64,000 nucleotides of DNA from Malacoraja senta (taxonomy: Eukaryota): NCBI GenBank assembly GCA_038087875.1, contig CM075990.1:5334001-5398000 (forward strand), read 5' to 3'. Shown one piece after another: positions 1 through 12,129 of this stretch. A program made the translations under genes and the position numbers. The notes under the pieces were generated by a model. The model worked only from the letters and a program-made list of their open reading frames with translations. It was not told where the DNA came from and made no database searches. Within the stretch, counting starts at the first letter, position 1. Each line of letters starts with the position of its first letter.

Positions 1-175
1 GGCAGGTACTATCAAAACATTTAGGAGATATTTGGACAGTTACATGGACAGTAAAGGTTTAGAGGGATATGAGCCAAGTTTGGGCTGGTGGGACTAATGT
101 GGATGGAGCAGGTTGGTCGGCAGTGGCAAGTTGGGCCGATGGGCCTGTTTCCATGCTGTATGATTCTATGACTCT
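1..175 (+). mobile_element. CR1/HER1-type LINE 3' end (the longer counterpart is 43400-43806)
   Basis: Ends of ORF2 (...GWWD*) followed by the 3' UTR gggcctgtttccatgctgtatgattctatgactcta. Confidence 0.8.
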
Positions 176-475
176 ATTTCATAATTGAGTGGCTTACCAT
201 AGTATGTATAGCACAGTATATGCTAGCGATTGGAAGGTCAGACATTCTGTAATACCAGATATCCCAACTGTAGTTTAAAAGACTTAACTTTCAAAATAAG
301 TCGCACCTCCAGTCTTGCTGTAATTCTGGCATCTTGCCATTAATGCACTAAATTCCTCATGTATATTTGCCTTGACTAGTTCAGTTGAAAGTTCATGCTT
401 TTGTTTGCATGAAGTTTGCTTTTGTTCAGACCGTTTCTGTCTCTGTCTCCCTCCCTCCCCCCTCTCTCCCTGCAG

Positions 476-543
476 TAAATGTGGCACCCTTCCTCCCGAG
501 AGCTGTCTCTTCAGCTTGATCTGCAATATTGGTTCTTTTATGG
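476..543 (+). CDS. TMEM150A: TMEM150A internal coding exon (copy 1): (S)[22 protein letters not shown](V)
   Basis: Pyrimidine tract + tgcag acceptor, G|gtaagt donor, 68 nt. Peptide matches the recalled TMEM150A segment [24 protein letters not shown]. Splice phases join correctly with the neighbouring exons. Confidence 0.93.
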
Positions 544-1683
544 GTAAGTCGTGCATTAAAGTACGATGGAATGAAGGGTGAGTGACTGTATCATTTGCTC
601 AACTTATTTTCCATGTGAAAACAATGTTCCTTCGTTTATTGTGTACAATATGGAACTAACAATCCAAAGTTGGTGATACCTAAAGTGACGCTGCAGTAAG
701 TGTATCTGTCTCACAGCTCCAGACCCACTTTAATTGTGACCTTCAGTGCTGTCTGCATGAAGTTTGCATATTCTCCAGTTTCCTGCACTTTCCTCCCATA
801 CCCCAGAAAACAAATTGGAAAATTGTGGTGCAAGGTTTGATCAAATAGCCCTGGGTTTTTTTCTCTTAATTTTATTTCCTAAAATCCAGGGATGAAGATT
901 GGACTGGGATTATTCCCCTTGGGGCAAAAGTTGAGAGGAGATTTGAAAGAGGCGTACAAGACCAAAACTTGTTGAAACAGGGAAGCTGTTCCACTTGCAG
1001 GCAGTTTACAGCCAGGAGGCACAGCTTTCACTTTTGAGTTAAAGATATATGGGGCTGTCAGGAGGTTTATTTTAAACATAGAGACATTATAATCTGAAAC
1101 TTACTGCCATTGGTAATAGGGAAACAAATCAATCAGCACTTTTGAAAGGCACTTTTCAGGCACTGGGGTGAGCATGGTTACAGGGCAATGCGGAGGCCGG
1201 GTTAGGGGTTAGAATACTGATTATTACGGGTGTCGGGTTATGGGGAGAAGGCAGGAGAATGGGGTTGAGAGGGAAAGAAAGATCAGCCATGATTAAATGG
1301 CTGAGTAGACTCGATGGGCCAAATGGTCTAATTCTGCTCCTATAACATGAATTTATGAGAGACCAATGGATTATGATTCAAGCAATTTCTCTAACAGGAT
1401 CCTCCACAGACTATGAGGTTTTGTGCTGGCACAAAGCTATAATTGTGTGATTTTACAAAATTCATGAGTTAGGGAAAGCTTCTATTCACCATCCTCTGAC
1501 CTCCCCCTCTCTTTGAGGTGACAGTTTGGACCACCAGTAGGTTTACAAGGAGTCTCAAGCCTTTCTATAAAAAAATCTCTGTCACAGATAGGAATTGCTA
1601 AGCAGAAGCTAATGAAAATCCTACCCCTAGAATGTAAATTGTGAGGAGACTGAGTCTAGTTGAATATACATAGGACATGTTTT

Positions 1684-2200
1684 AGAGATTAGAGATTAGA
1701 GATTCCTTTATTTGTCATTCAGACCTTTCGGTCTGAACGAAATTTCGTTGCCTGCAGTCATACATATAATAATAAATAACAAAACACACAATAAACACAA
1801 ATTAACATCCACCACAGTGAGTTCACCAGGTACCTCCTCACTGTGATGGAGGCAAAAGTCTTAAAGTCTCTGTCTCTTCCCTCCTTGTTCTCCCTCTGCG
1901 CTGAGGTGATCCAGGCTTCTGATGTTGTGACCCCACCGGGTGATGGTAAGTAAGGCAATCCCGCGGCTGAATCCGTGCTCCGTCCGCGACGGGCCGGTTC
2001 AAACTCCGCGGCCCGGGTTGGCCGAGGCTGCCGAAGCTGCCGGCCTCCAGTCCAGCGGACGCAGCTGTAGTTGCGGGAGCCCCAGAAAAACAGGTCACCC
2101 ACCTGTGACCTGCGCGCTCCCGAAGATGTCGTCCACTGGGCCAGCTGCGGCCGAGCCTGCGGATTCAGGTCGCCACCAGTGTCCTCGGTCGCATGTAAGC
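1684..2200 (-). mobile_element. CpG-rich non-coding retroposon with a LINE-like tail (AATAAA + short tandem repeat); copy at about 45315-45830, relative at 38711-39225
   Basis: Minus strand ends in aataaaggaatctctaatctctaatctc, with a terminal stem-loop. Shares blocks with 38711-39225. Confidence 0.55.
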
Positions 2201-2424
2201 CATGTAAGAAACATGTAACATGTAAGCCATGTAAGAAATACTTTATCATCCTGTTACCCACTCTTTCCCTACTCACCCACACGTCTCACAGATGTTTAAA
2301 TCCTTTACCCTTTTTCCCATCGATAAAGAAGCCTAATGAGCTGGTACCTAACGTCACTAACCTAACCTATCCTGTTAGAGATAGTGCCCTGGTTCCCCAT
2401 TTTCATCCCTATTGAAAACTATCT

Positions 2425-3135
2425 TGTGCCGTGGACAGTGAAGGAGGTTGTTTGAGGTTACAACTGGATGTAGACCAACTGGGAAATGGGGTTAAGGGAA
2501 TGAGTTAAACCAGGGCCGAAGATACACAGTGTATGGCAGGGCCCTGGGGAGTGCTGCAGAACAGAATTGCTGAATAGTCTAACGGGCACATAGTTCCTGG
2601 AAAATGGCAAGATACTGTAGTTAGACGGGCTGATGAAGAGGTTTTATGAATCCAATGCCTTGATCAGCTGAGGCATTAATGAAGGGTTTGCATGTTGTGT
2701 TACAGTTGTACAAAATATTGGTGAGGCTACACTTGGACTATTGTGTGTAGTTCTGCCTGCCACACCGCTGGAAAGATTAAAGTAGAGAGGGTGCAAAAAA
2801 GATCCACGAGGATGTTGCCTGGGATGGAGGACTTGAGTTATGAGGAGGGATTGGAAAATTTGAGTCCAATTTCCTTGCAGCAAGGAGACTGAGTGGGGAG
2901 ATGATGAGTGGGGAGTGGGGAGAAGTGTGTAAAATTATGAGAGGCACAGATAGGGTAGAAGGCCAGATTCTGTTTCCCATTGTCGGGGAGGGGTGGGGGG
3001 AATGGGGCAGGGGGTTAAAAAACTAGAGTTTAAGATGAGATGGAAGGGATCGGAGGGGAACTTATTTCACAAAGAGTTTGGTATCTGGAATGAGCTGCCA
3101 GAGATGATGGTGGCAGGAACAGTAGTAACATCTAA
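2425..3135 (+). mobile_element. Decayed CR1 LINE ORF2 3' fragment
   Basis: Degenerate LYKxLVR, RMLPG and WNELP motifs. Confidence 0.75.
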
Positions 3136-3499
3136 AAGCTTTATTCCAGTTTTTAAAACATTGCTCAGATGCTCCAACTACACTTGTGGGAGGGGTGGGT
3201 CAAACTGACCTTTGGTCTCCTCAGGCCCTGAGATTCTCTGAGCATCATCTCTTATTCTCTGAAACTCTAGATTTGGTGATCTATGATGAAATAATTTCCC
3301 TGATGCAGCTCCATTTGCAAAATACCATAGAGATCGCAGAGGATAAGGTCAGTGTAATTGATAGGACAAGAATTAGGCCATTTGGCCCATCAAGTCTACT
3401 CAGCCATTAAATCATGGCTGATCTATCTCTTCTTCCTAACCCCATTCTCCTGCCTCCTCCCCATAATAAGGATATTTAGGGAACAAACATCGGAGTGCT

Positions 3500-3970
3500 A
3501 AGAAGATTTACGAGGACGTTGCCAGGACTTGAGGAGGTGAACTATATGGTGAGGTTGGGCAGGCTAGGACCTTATTCCTTGGAGCACAGGAGAGTGAGGA
3601 GTGATGTTATAGAGGTATAAGGGGAAGGGATAGAGTAGATGCACAGAGTCTTTTACCCAGAGTTGGAGAGTCAAGAACCGAAGGACATAGGTTTAAGGTG
3701 AGAGGGAAAAGATTTAATAGGAATCTGAGGGGCAACGTTTTCACTCAGACGGTGGTGGGTTTATGGAATGAGCTACCAGAGGAGGTAGTTGAGACAGATT
3801 CTATAACAACATTTCAAATACATTTGGAGAGATACATAGACAGGAAAGGTTTAGAGGGACGTGGGTCAAACGCAGGCAGGTGGGACTAATGTAGGTGGGG
3901 CAGCTTGGTCGACAAGGGCAAGTTGGGCCAAAGGGCCCGTTTACGTGCTTTTTAACTCTGTGACGCTATA
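3500..3970 (+). mobile_element. CR1/HER1 LINE 3' fragment
   Basis: RGKRFNRNLRGNVFTQTVVGLWNELPEEVVE...AGRWD* plus 3' UTR. Confidence 0.85.
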
Positions 3971-4199
3971 ACTTAAGAAGCAATATCCCATGCCACACAA
4001 ACCCAGCTGGATTATTCCAAAGCGGTAATCACAGTTATATTATGCTGCCTAACTGCCAATGTACAATCCTTTACTGTCAATGGCACTCTGATTGTTAATG
4101 ATCTCCACAGATAATCAGCCTTACGGCCATTGTTTCCACATTTGCTTCACACTGCAATTAGATGACCTGAGAGCATGTTACAAAAATGTATGTTCTTTA

Positions 4200-4810
4200 G
4201 GGATTGGACAGGCTAGATGCAGGAAAACTGATCCCGATGTTGGGGGAGTCCAGAACCAGGGGTCACAGTTTAAGAATAAGGGGTAGGCCATTTAGGACTG
4301 AGATGAGGAAAAACGTTTTCACCCAGAGAGTTGTGAATCTGTGGAATTCTCTGCCACAGAAGGCAGTGGAGGCCGATTCACTCGATGTTTTCAGGAGAGA
4401 GTTAAGGGTCTGTCCCACTTTCACGACCTAATTCACGACCTCTGCCGAGTTTACCCTTGACTCATACTCGCAGCATGGTCGTCACGAGGTCGTAGGAGGT
4501 TGTAGGAGGTCGTAGGTAGGTCGTAGCAGGCTGTGATGCTAGTCGTAAGTACTCGTGGCATCAAGTAGGTCAAGGCGTTTTTCTAGCATGATGAAAACTG
4601 TCCACGAGTAAAAAACGTTGTGAATTAGGTTGTGAAAGTGGGACATGCCCTTCAGATATAGCTCTTAGGGCTATCGGAATCAAGGGATATGGGGAGAAAG
4701 CAGGAATGGGGTACTGATTTTGGATGATCAACCATGATCACATTGAATGGCGGTGCTGGCTCGAAGGGCCTACTCCTGCACCAATTTTCTATGTGTCTAT
4801 GTTTCTATGT
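4200..4810 (+). mobile_element. CR1/HER1 LINE 3' fragment interrupted by a MITE
   Basis: RTRGHSLRIRGRPFRTEMRKNVFTQRVVNLWNSLP, resuming after 4651, with a (ctatgttt)n-like tail. Confidence 0.85.
4405..4651. mobile_element. PIF/Harbinger-type MITE (copy at 48036-48282)
   Basis: TIR AGGGTCTGTCCCACTTTCAC...GTGAAAGTGGGACATGCCCT, flanked by TTA/TCA. The uninterrupted LINE site is visible at about 10185. Confidence 0.75.
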
Positions 4811-5488
4811 TTAACCAAGTTTTTTTTAAGGCTTCCTAATATGACTCCATTAAAAAAAAAAATGTCAACACCCATTTTATTCAATTTTGGGTGTACAAGC
4901 AAAGAATTTCACTGTGCCTTGCCACATGTGACAATAACGTATTCCATTCCTTTCCATTCCGTTCTATGTTTTTTAACCTTACCAATTCATATATTGGCCA
5001 TAGCCACTTATGGAGCAAGTACATTTGGATTCAGGACCAGAAAATGTGCCGCTATATTTTTCCCAATGAATAGATTCTTATCAAGCAGAGCATAAAGAAA
5101 TCCCCAGAAGAATATTTGGTTTGGGTAATGAATAACAATGGGCCTTTGAGAACGTAACTGTGTATATAAAGAGGTATATTTGAAAAAGGTTTCAAGGCGT
5201 ATGGATTGAAAACAAAGCATGTCATAGCTGGATTTATCCAATATTGCCAAGTGATCAATGCTTTCTGAGATTTGGGCTTTTGAGAAGTGCTTGGAAATGA
5301 AAGTTTTTTCAAAATGGACCCATATTGTGAACTGCTGGAAAGTGTCTGCGTGGTCCAAGCCTGGAGGATGAGAGGACTGCAACAGTTCCTTGGTGGATAG
5401 CAAGAAGGTTCCTCTTTAATCTTGTCATTTGTCATTTGAAATACTGCAAACTAATGCGCCAGTGTGGCCCAATGTCCTTTTGTTTCAG

Positions 5489-5616
5489 TGATGTTGCTCG
5501 GTTTACTGCGCTACGCACAGGTGATGGAGAGACACCAGAAGTCTTTGCTGAACACTGCAGCGCTGGTCACGTGTTGGAGTTGTGCCGCGGGCCTCATCAT
5601 TGTGGGAAACTTTCAG
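5489..5616 (+). CDS. TMEM150A: TMEM150A internal coding exon (copy 1): (V)MLLGLLRYAQVMERHQKSLLNTAALVTCWSCAAGLIIVGNFQ
   Basis: tttcag acceptor, CAG|gtaaaa donor, 128 nt. Contains the LRY and GNFQ motifs of the DRAM/TMEM150 family. Confidence 0.93.
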
Positions 5617-5697
5617 GTAAAATATAAAGAAAACCAAATGATAAGTGATTCATAGGCTGAGAAGAATAGCAGGAAAGGATTTTCATGGGTTGCAGTT

Positions 5698-6130
5698 GGA
5701 CAAAAAGGCTGCAGAAACTCAGCGTGTGAGGCGGCATCTATGGAGCGAAGGAATAGGCGACGTTTCGGGCTGAGACCCTTCTTCAGACTGATGTGGAGGT
5801 GGGGAGGGCGGGAAGAAGAAAGGAAGAGGCGGAGACAGTGGGCTGTGGGAGAGTTGGTAAGGGAAGGGGAAGGAGGGAGAAACCAAGGACTACCTGAAAT
5901 TGGAGGTCAATGTTCATACTGCTGGGGTGTAAACTGCCCAAGCAAAATATGAGGTGCTGCTCCTCCAATTTGCGGTGGGACTCACTCTGGCCATGGAGGA
6001 GGCCCAGGACAGAAAGGTCGGATTCGGAATGGGAGGGGGAGTTGAAGTGCTGGGCCACCGGGAGATCAGGTTGGTTGGTGCGAACCGAGCAGAGGTGTTG
6101 GGCAAAGCGATCGCCCAGCCTACGCTTGGT
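5698..6130 (-). mobile_element. Penelope-like element 3' fragment (GIY-YIG C-terminus + terminal repeat)
   Basis: AQHFNSPSHSESDLSVLGLLH...RKLEEQHLIFCLGSLHPSSMNI, typical of the Penelope endonuclease C-terminus. Confidence 0.85.
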
Positions 6131-6904
6131 TGCTGTAGTAATTAGCTTCTGTGAATTGTAAATTGTCCCTAGTTTGTAGGATAGATCATGACCATAAGTG
6201 ATAGGAGCAGAATTCGGCCATTCGGCCCATCACGGTCTACTCCACCATTTAATCATGGCTGATCTATCTCTCCCTCATCACCCCATTTTCCTGCCCATCA
6301 CCCCACTCTCCATAACCTCTGACATCTAACACTAGGATAGTGCTAGAGTAGGGTTGATCGCTGGTCAGCGTGGACTGAGTGGGCCGAAGGGCCTGTTTCC
6401 ATGCTATATCTCTAAAGTCTAAAGAGTAATTTCTCCATGTGATTTTTAACCATGGATTTTTAATAATTGAAGCAGAATCACAATATTGAATGTTCTTCCT
6501 CACCAATGAAGCCATGTCTCAGCTGACCTAGAAGGTTTTGGTGTCAGATCCAAAAATTTAAATTTTTGAAAACTGGTTTATTATCATTGAAACATCCGTC
6601 CAGTACCGATCACCATCTCAGGCCATTCCAAGTTGCTTTACACCTGATTGTCATCCTTAAAATGTAGCAACCTCTTTGCTAACAGTTGGTACAAAATAAC
6701 AATGAAATAAATAACAAATTCATCAGCTCTAGCTATTGCTTATGGGATCACCATTGACCAGGGGACAAGAGGACCACTTTGCTCATCTTTAAATTGTTTG
6801 AGACATCTTTTATAAACCCAAGAGCGCCGATAGAACTTTGTCTTAATGTCTCATCCCAGTCACTTGAGCAATGTGCTCAGTATTGTATTGATGCCTTGGA
6901 CATG

Positions 6905-7285
6905 ATAGCAGGAGTTTAGAAGAATGAGGAACATACAGAAAAGTGAAAAACTTGTATAGAGTGGATGTGGAGAGGATGTTTCCACTGGTGGGAGAGTCTA
7001 GGACTAGAAGTCATAGCCTCAAAATTAAAGGATGTTCTTTTAGGAAGGAGATGAGGAGAAATGTATTTAGTCAGAGGGTGGTGAATCTGGAATAATTTGA
7101 TATTAGTCAGTGGATATTTTTAAGGCAGAGATAGATAAATTCTTGATTAGTACAGGTGTTGGATGTTATGGGGAGAAGGCAGGAGAATGGGGTTAAGAGG
7201 GAGAGATAGATCAGCCATGATTGAATGGCAGAGTAGACTTGATGGGCCGAATGGCTTAATTCTACTCCTATCACTTATGACCTTG
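6905..7285 (+). mobile_element. CR1/HER1 LINE 3' fragment
   Basis: Matches the other HER1-like 3' ends in the window (ggggagaaggcaggagaatggggtt...). Confidence 0.75.
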
Positions 7286-7348
7286 TGTATGATTATGCTC
7301 AAGTCTCTGGAATGTAACCACAACCTCCTAACTCAGAGATATGACTAA

Positions 7349-7564
7349 AGGGCCTGTCCCACTTGGGCGTCATTTGCGCATCATTTATGCATCATTTACG
7401 CGTCACGACGCACGACGCGCATGGCGTGCATTACGCGCACATGGCACGTGGTGACGTAGGCAGTGACGTGCGGTCGCACGCGGCGCCCCAGGATTTTGGG
7501 ATTCTCAAAATCTTCGCGCGCCACCTGTGTGATGCACAAATGATGCCCAAGTGGGACAGGACCT
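7349..7564. mobile_element. PIF/Harbinger-type MITE (copy at 50981-51196)
   Basis: TIR AGGGCCTGTCCCACTTGGGC...GCCCAAGTGGGACAGGACCT with a TAA target duplication. Confidence 0.8.
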
Positions 7565-7759
7565 TAAAACTCATAAAAAGCATGGGTTATCCATTCAGTT
7601 CCTGACAAACCATTCCTGCACTTTACTATGGGGAGAAGTTGACGGGAATGGGCTCATATCATCTGGCGTTTCAGAGAATAAGAGAAGATTTCAGAAAGGC
7701 ACAAAAATCCTTAAAAGACCAGACAAGGGTGCTGCTGAGAGACTATATCCCCAGAACAA

Positions 7760-7968
7760 GCAGACACAAAATGCTGGAGTAACTGAGCGGGCGAGGCAGC
7801 ATCTCTGGAGAAAAGGAATGGGCGATGTTTCAGGTCGAGACCCTTCTTCAGTCTCGACCCGAAACGTCACCCATTCCTTTTCTCCAGAGATGCTGCCTCA
7901 CCCGCTGAGTCATTCCAGCATTTTATGTCTACCTTCGATTTAAACCAGCATCTGCAGTTCTTTCTTAT
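7760..7968. mobile_element. Penelope-derived fold-back (palindromic) insertion
   Basis: Inverted arms folding near 7850, flanked by the direct repeat atccccaga(a/g)caa. Confidence 0.8.
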
Positions 7969-8674
7969 GCACATCCCCAGAGCAAATAGTCTAAAACTAA
8001 AAAATCATAGTTTACGAATTTCAGTCAATAGTGAATCTTTGACATTTTCTATCCTTGGGGCTGGGTTAGCTCAATCATATTCAAGATTGACGGTGATATG
8101 TTCTTGGGAACCAAGGGACATGGAATAGTGCGGGTTAGCAGAATTGATGCAAGCCATGCGATGAAATAGCCGACCAGGATTAAAGGGCCATTTGATCCTT
8201 ATTATTGTTTGAAATATTTCAAAATTGGATTATTATTAATGAAGCATGCAGATCATTTACTTGCATAACTAGTAAAAGAAGGGCAACATATTTAAGACCT
8301 ATATTCATCTCTAACCAATATCATCAAGAAATGAACATGCTTGTTCATTTATTTCCATTGTGGTTTAGGTATTTCACTGTGCTGTAATAAATTGTTGTGC
8401 TTTCCTAGTTAATAGAATTAACTGTGTTTCTGAATAAATAGCTATGTAACGACATCTTGATTCATGGAGTGGTCCAGAAATGTATCTATTCCTTTAATGG
8501 CACAAAGTAAATCATTAATGGCATGCATTCCTTTAAGCTGTGAAAGAAAACATAGAGACATGGACCAGGGACGGGGTCAAGAGAAGAGATCAATACAGTA
8601 TAAATATAAATTCCTTTTTCCAAATCAATGTAAACACTGCAGGATTTAAATAAGTAATCCTTTCTTTAGACATA

Positions 8675-8955
8675 GCATGGAAACAGGCCCTTTGGCCCAC
8701 TGAGACCACGCCGACCAGCGATCAGCCCCGACACTAGCACTATCCTGTACACTAGGGGCAATTTACAATTTACAGAAGCCAATTAACCTACCGACCTGTA
8801 CGTCCTTGGAGGGTGTGAGGAAAGCAGAGCGCCCGGAGAAAACCCACACTGTCACAGGGAGAACGTAGAAACTTCATACAGGCAGCACCTGTAGTCAGGA
8901 TCGAACCCAGGTCTCTGGTGCTGTAAGGCAGCAACTCTACCGCTGTGCCACCACA
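8675..8955 (-). mobile_element. tRNA-derived V-SINE (HE1-like)
   Basis: Reverse complement has a tRNA-like head (A/B boxes), the V-domain gttctccctgtg...ggttttctccggg and a HER1-like tail. Confidence 0.8.
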
Positions 8956-8959
8956 TTTC

Positions 8960-9116
<157 letters not shown>

Positions 9117-10039
9117 ATTTTTAAAAATTTTTTTTACTGTCCTATTGAATATAGTGTACTATATTGCAATTCCTTTCCCAGCAATAGCAATGCCAGCCAT
9201 GTCTCAGCTGAAAGTATTTTCTCCGAGTCAGAAGTGGCTGGAGCACTAAAATAACGCAGCTAGCTGTTCTACAGCAGTTGCGAGTCTGTAGCCAAGCATC
9301 TGTTTCTCATAATTCTCAGTGATTTGAACAAACAGGGGATCTTTTCACTAGCCAAGAAGGTAAGCACATGCCTTCAAGGTACTAAGGGCAACAGTCAACA
9401 CTGAACGAGCAGCTTGTGAACATAGCTCAAATAGAGAGTGAGAGAGATTTTCTGTGAGTCTCCTGTATGTCCAAACTCTTTGTGGCAAGTAGACCTACAG
9501 TATTTCCTTTCCCACCGAATACTGCTACTCCTAATAGGTGGAAGTAAAAACCTGACTCTGGTTGACTGATTTGGATGAGCTAATGCTTTTTAGTTTGTGG
9601 TAAGGTTGGATCCATGAGTTCCGCGTTCAGCTCAGTCTGTTTAAATAGAACATCAATGTAACAATTGAATACAAACATTGCCACTGAAAGAAAGTGATTT
9701 ATAATGAATCTGGTCCAAGTTGTAGCCTTGTCAAACTCAGGTCGGTAAATAGTTCCAACATTGAGTGATCCAGCATGGCAAGGCTAGTGAACAATGGTGT
9801 AATTGTGTACTTCACCATTAACCCGCTACAAAAAATAACTTCATCCTGTGCTACATTGTACTTTTGTAATGGCTTGTTCAACGAATCCAAATTGCTTTGA
9901 GATATTGAGAAAGCAATCGGCTTTGAGAACCATGGCTGCTCAAATGCGCAGCGAATGCACCTCACAGTTCCTGCACTTTTACCTCTCCTTTGTCCCATTT
10001 CATCTTCACCAAGCCACAACTCATCTGGACAGCTCAATC

Positions 10040-10310
10040 CAGAACATGGGGTCACAGTTTAAGAATAAAGGGGAGACCATTTAGGGCTGAGATGAGGAAA
10101 AACGTTTTCACCCAGACAGTTGTGATTCTGTGGAATACTCTGCCACAGAAGGCAGTGGAGGCCAATTCACTGGATGTTTTCAAGAGAGAGTTAGATTTAG
10201 CTCTTAGGGCTAAAGGAATCAAGGGTTATGGGTAAAAAACAGGAATGGGGTACTGATTTTAGGTGATCAGCCATGATCATATTGAATGGCGATGCTGGCT
10301 CGAAGGGCAC
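10040..10310 (+). mobile_element. CR1/HER1 LINE 3' fragment
   Basis: GHSLRIKGRPFRAEMRKNVFTQTVVILWNTLPQKAVEA. Confidence 0.85.
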
Positions 10311-10486
10311 TTCACTGCCACACAGGTGCATACTGCTCACTATCAGGTTCTTTTCAGGCAATAAATTGAAATTGATTGACCTGAGAAAGATGAGTTCATA
10401 CTTGTCAGTGCAGATGAATCACAACTGATATCAGGTTCAGTCTTGTATTGCAGTTCTGATTCTGCCAAAAGCTCAGTGACTTAAAA

Positions 10487-10728
10487 TGTGTGGGAAGGAA
10501 CTGCAGATGCTGGTTTAAACCGGCAGCATCTCTGGAGAGAAGGAATGGGTGACGTTTCAGGTCGAGACCCTTCTTCAGACTCAATGGGTGTCGTTTCACG
10601 TCGGGACCTTTCTTCAGACTGAAGAAGGGTCTGAGGAAGGGTCTCGACCCGAAACGTCACCCATTTCTTCTTTCCAGAGATGCTGCCTGTCCCGCTGAGT
10701 TACTCCAGCATTTTGTGTCTATCTTCAG
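10487..10728. mobile_element. Penelope-derived fold-back insertion with internal duplications
   Basis: Inverted arms; TSD tcagtgactt(a/g)aaatgt at 10473-10489 and 10725-10741. Confidence 0.8.
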
Positions 10729-11204
10729 TGACTTGAAATGTTTCGCAGTCCACAAGTCCTGCCTGACTAAATGCATTTCCACCATTTGGTGTTTTACTTT
10801 CAGACTTCCAGCATCTGCACCATTTTGTGGTTGTAGGTTTGATAGCCGATGACCTCTCCAAGCAGTTTGCTTTCTTTCTCAAAGCAGGACTCTGTAACTT
10901 TGAGCGCTGGGAAGTGAAAATTATTCCCCGTTTTGCTGTTGAAACTGAAAGATAAAATCTTGTAGGCAGAACAAAGGGATGGCTGTTTGGACAGATTGGT
11001 ATCTGCTGGCCGGACATAAGAGAACGGGCTGTGTCTCTGACTTGTGTCACTTTATAGAAGATCAAAGGATTAATCCAAAAGATAAAATTGAGTTTTTATT
11101 TAGTCTTGGTCAAATGATTGTGAAATTTACTCTTCCTGGTAAAGAGCATGATGCTAGTCGTGCGTAGTTAATTGTGGTATTTGTAAATGTGCTTTGGAAA
11201 GGAA

Positions 11205-11862
11205 GCCATATAATATTGATTTCTCTTACATTAAGTAACCCTTGCTTTCCCTCTCTCTCTGACCCTCCCCCATCCTTGTTCTCTGGCGAGTTTCACTGTC
11301 CTGCTGATTACATTTTACTGATTGTATGCCTCGTTGTCATCTTCCCCTCAGCTAACGGTGAACCATTCCCCATTTTCCTTGACCATCCTCCCCTTTGATC
11401 TGTGTTTTCACACCTTACCCTCCCATATCTCTATGTCTCCCTCTCTGTATGTACACCAGAGTGCTTGAAGCTCCTACAGTGAACAGTACACATACAGTAA
11501 TAACACATACAACAATAATCTTACTTGATAGACACAAAATGCTGGATTAGCTCAGCATCTCTGGAGAGAAGGAATGGGTGACGTTTTGGGTCGAGACCCT
11601 TCTTCAGTCTGAAGAAGCGTCACCCATTCCTTCTGTCTAGAGATGCTGCCTGTCCCGATGAGTTACTCCAGCATTTTGTGTCTACTGACAGTTTGATGTC
11701 CCTTTCACACCTAACAAGCTCTTTGTACACTTCCATATCTCTAATTTCCGTCTCCCCTGACTCTGTCTGAAGAAGGGTCTCGACCCGAAATGTCACCCAT
11801 TCCTTCTCTCCAGAGATGCCGCCTGTCCTTCTGAGTTACTCCAGCATTTTGTGGCTATCTTC
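11205..11862 (+). mobile_element. Penelope 3' region fragments with a nested fold-back element (11528-11685)
   Basis: Pyrimidine-rich Penelope 3' sequence shared with 25150-25380 and 29045-29425. Internal palindrome folds at ttcttcag|tctgaagaa. Confidence 0.7.
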
Positions 11863-12129
11863 CATATAATAAAGATGTTTGACACTTGGGTTTTGGCTGT
11901 CAGTATTTCACGCAAACTCATTGAAATCAAATGCAACTCCATAATTCAATAACTCATGGATTCATTGGAGTGCTGGATTGAACATGCAGCTATTGCACAG
12001 TTTTTAAATGCAATTCCTTTCCCCATGTTTGGGATTTTGCGGACAACAATTAGTATATTGTTAGATTATATTATTTGAGCTTGATCTTCTTTTTCCAAAT
12101 TCTTAACGATTTTAGCCTAAGCTTAGTTT

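Noticed and set aside
1758..2415. Overlapping GC-rich ORFs and an apparent CpG-island promoter
   Set aside because: Lies within a dispersed repeat related to 38711-39225. No recognisable protein; GC richness explains the open frames.
2985..3015. G-quadruplex-like G-runs (also 16845-16872 on the minus strand and 17488-17525)
   Set aside because: Low-complexity tracts, partly within decayed repeats, with no evidence of function.
5008..5435. Two 127-131-aa minus-strand ORFs
   Set aside because: No recognisable domain or splice structure; antisense intronic sequence upstream of a TMEM150A exon.
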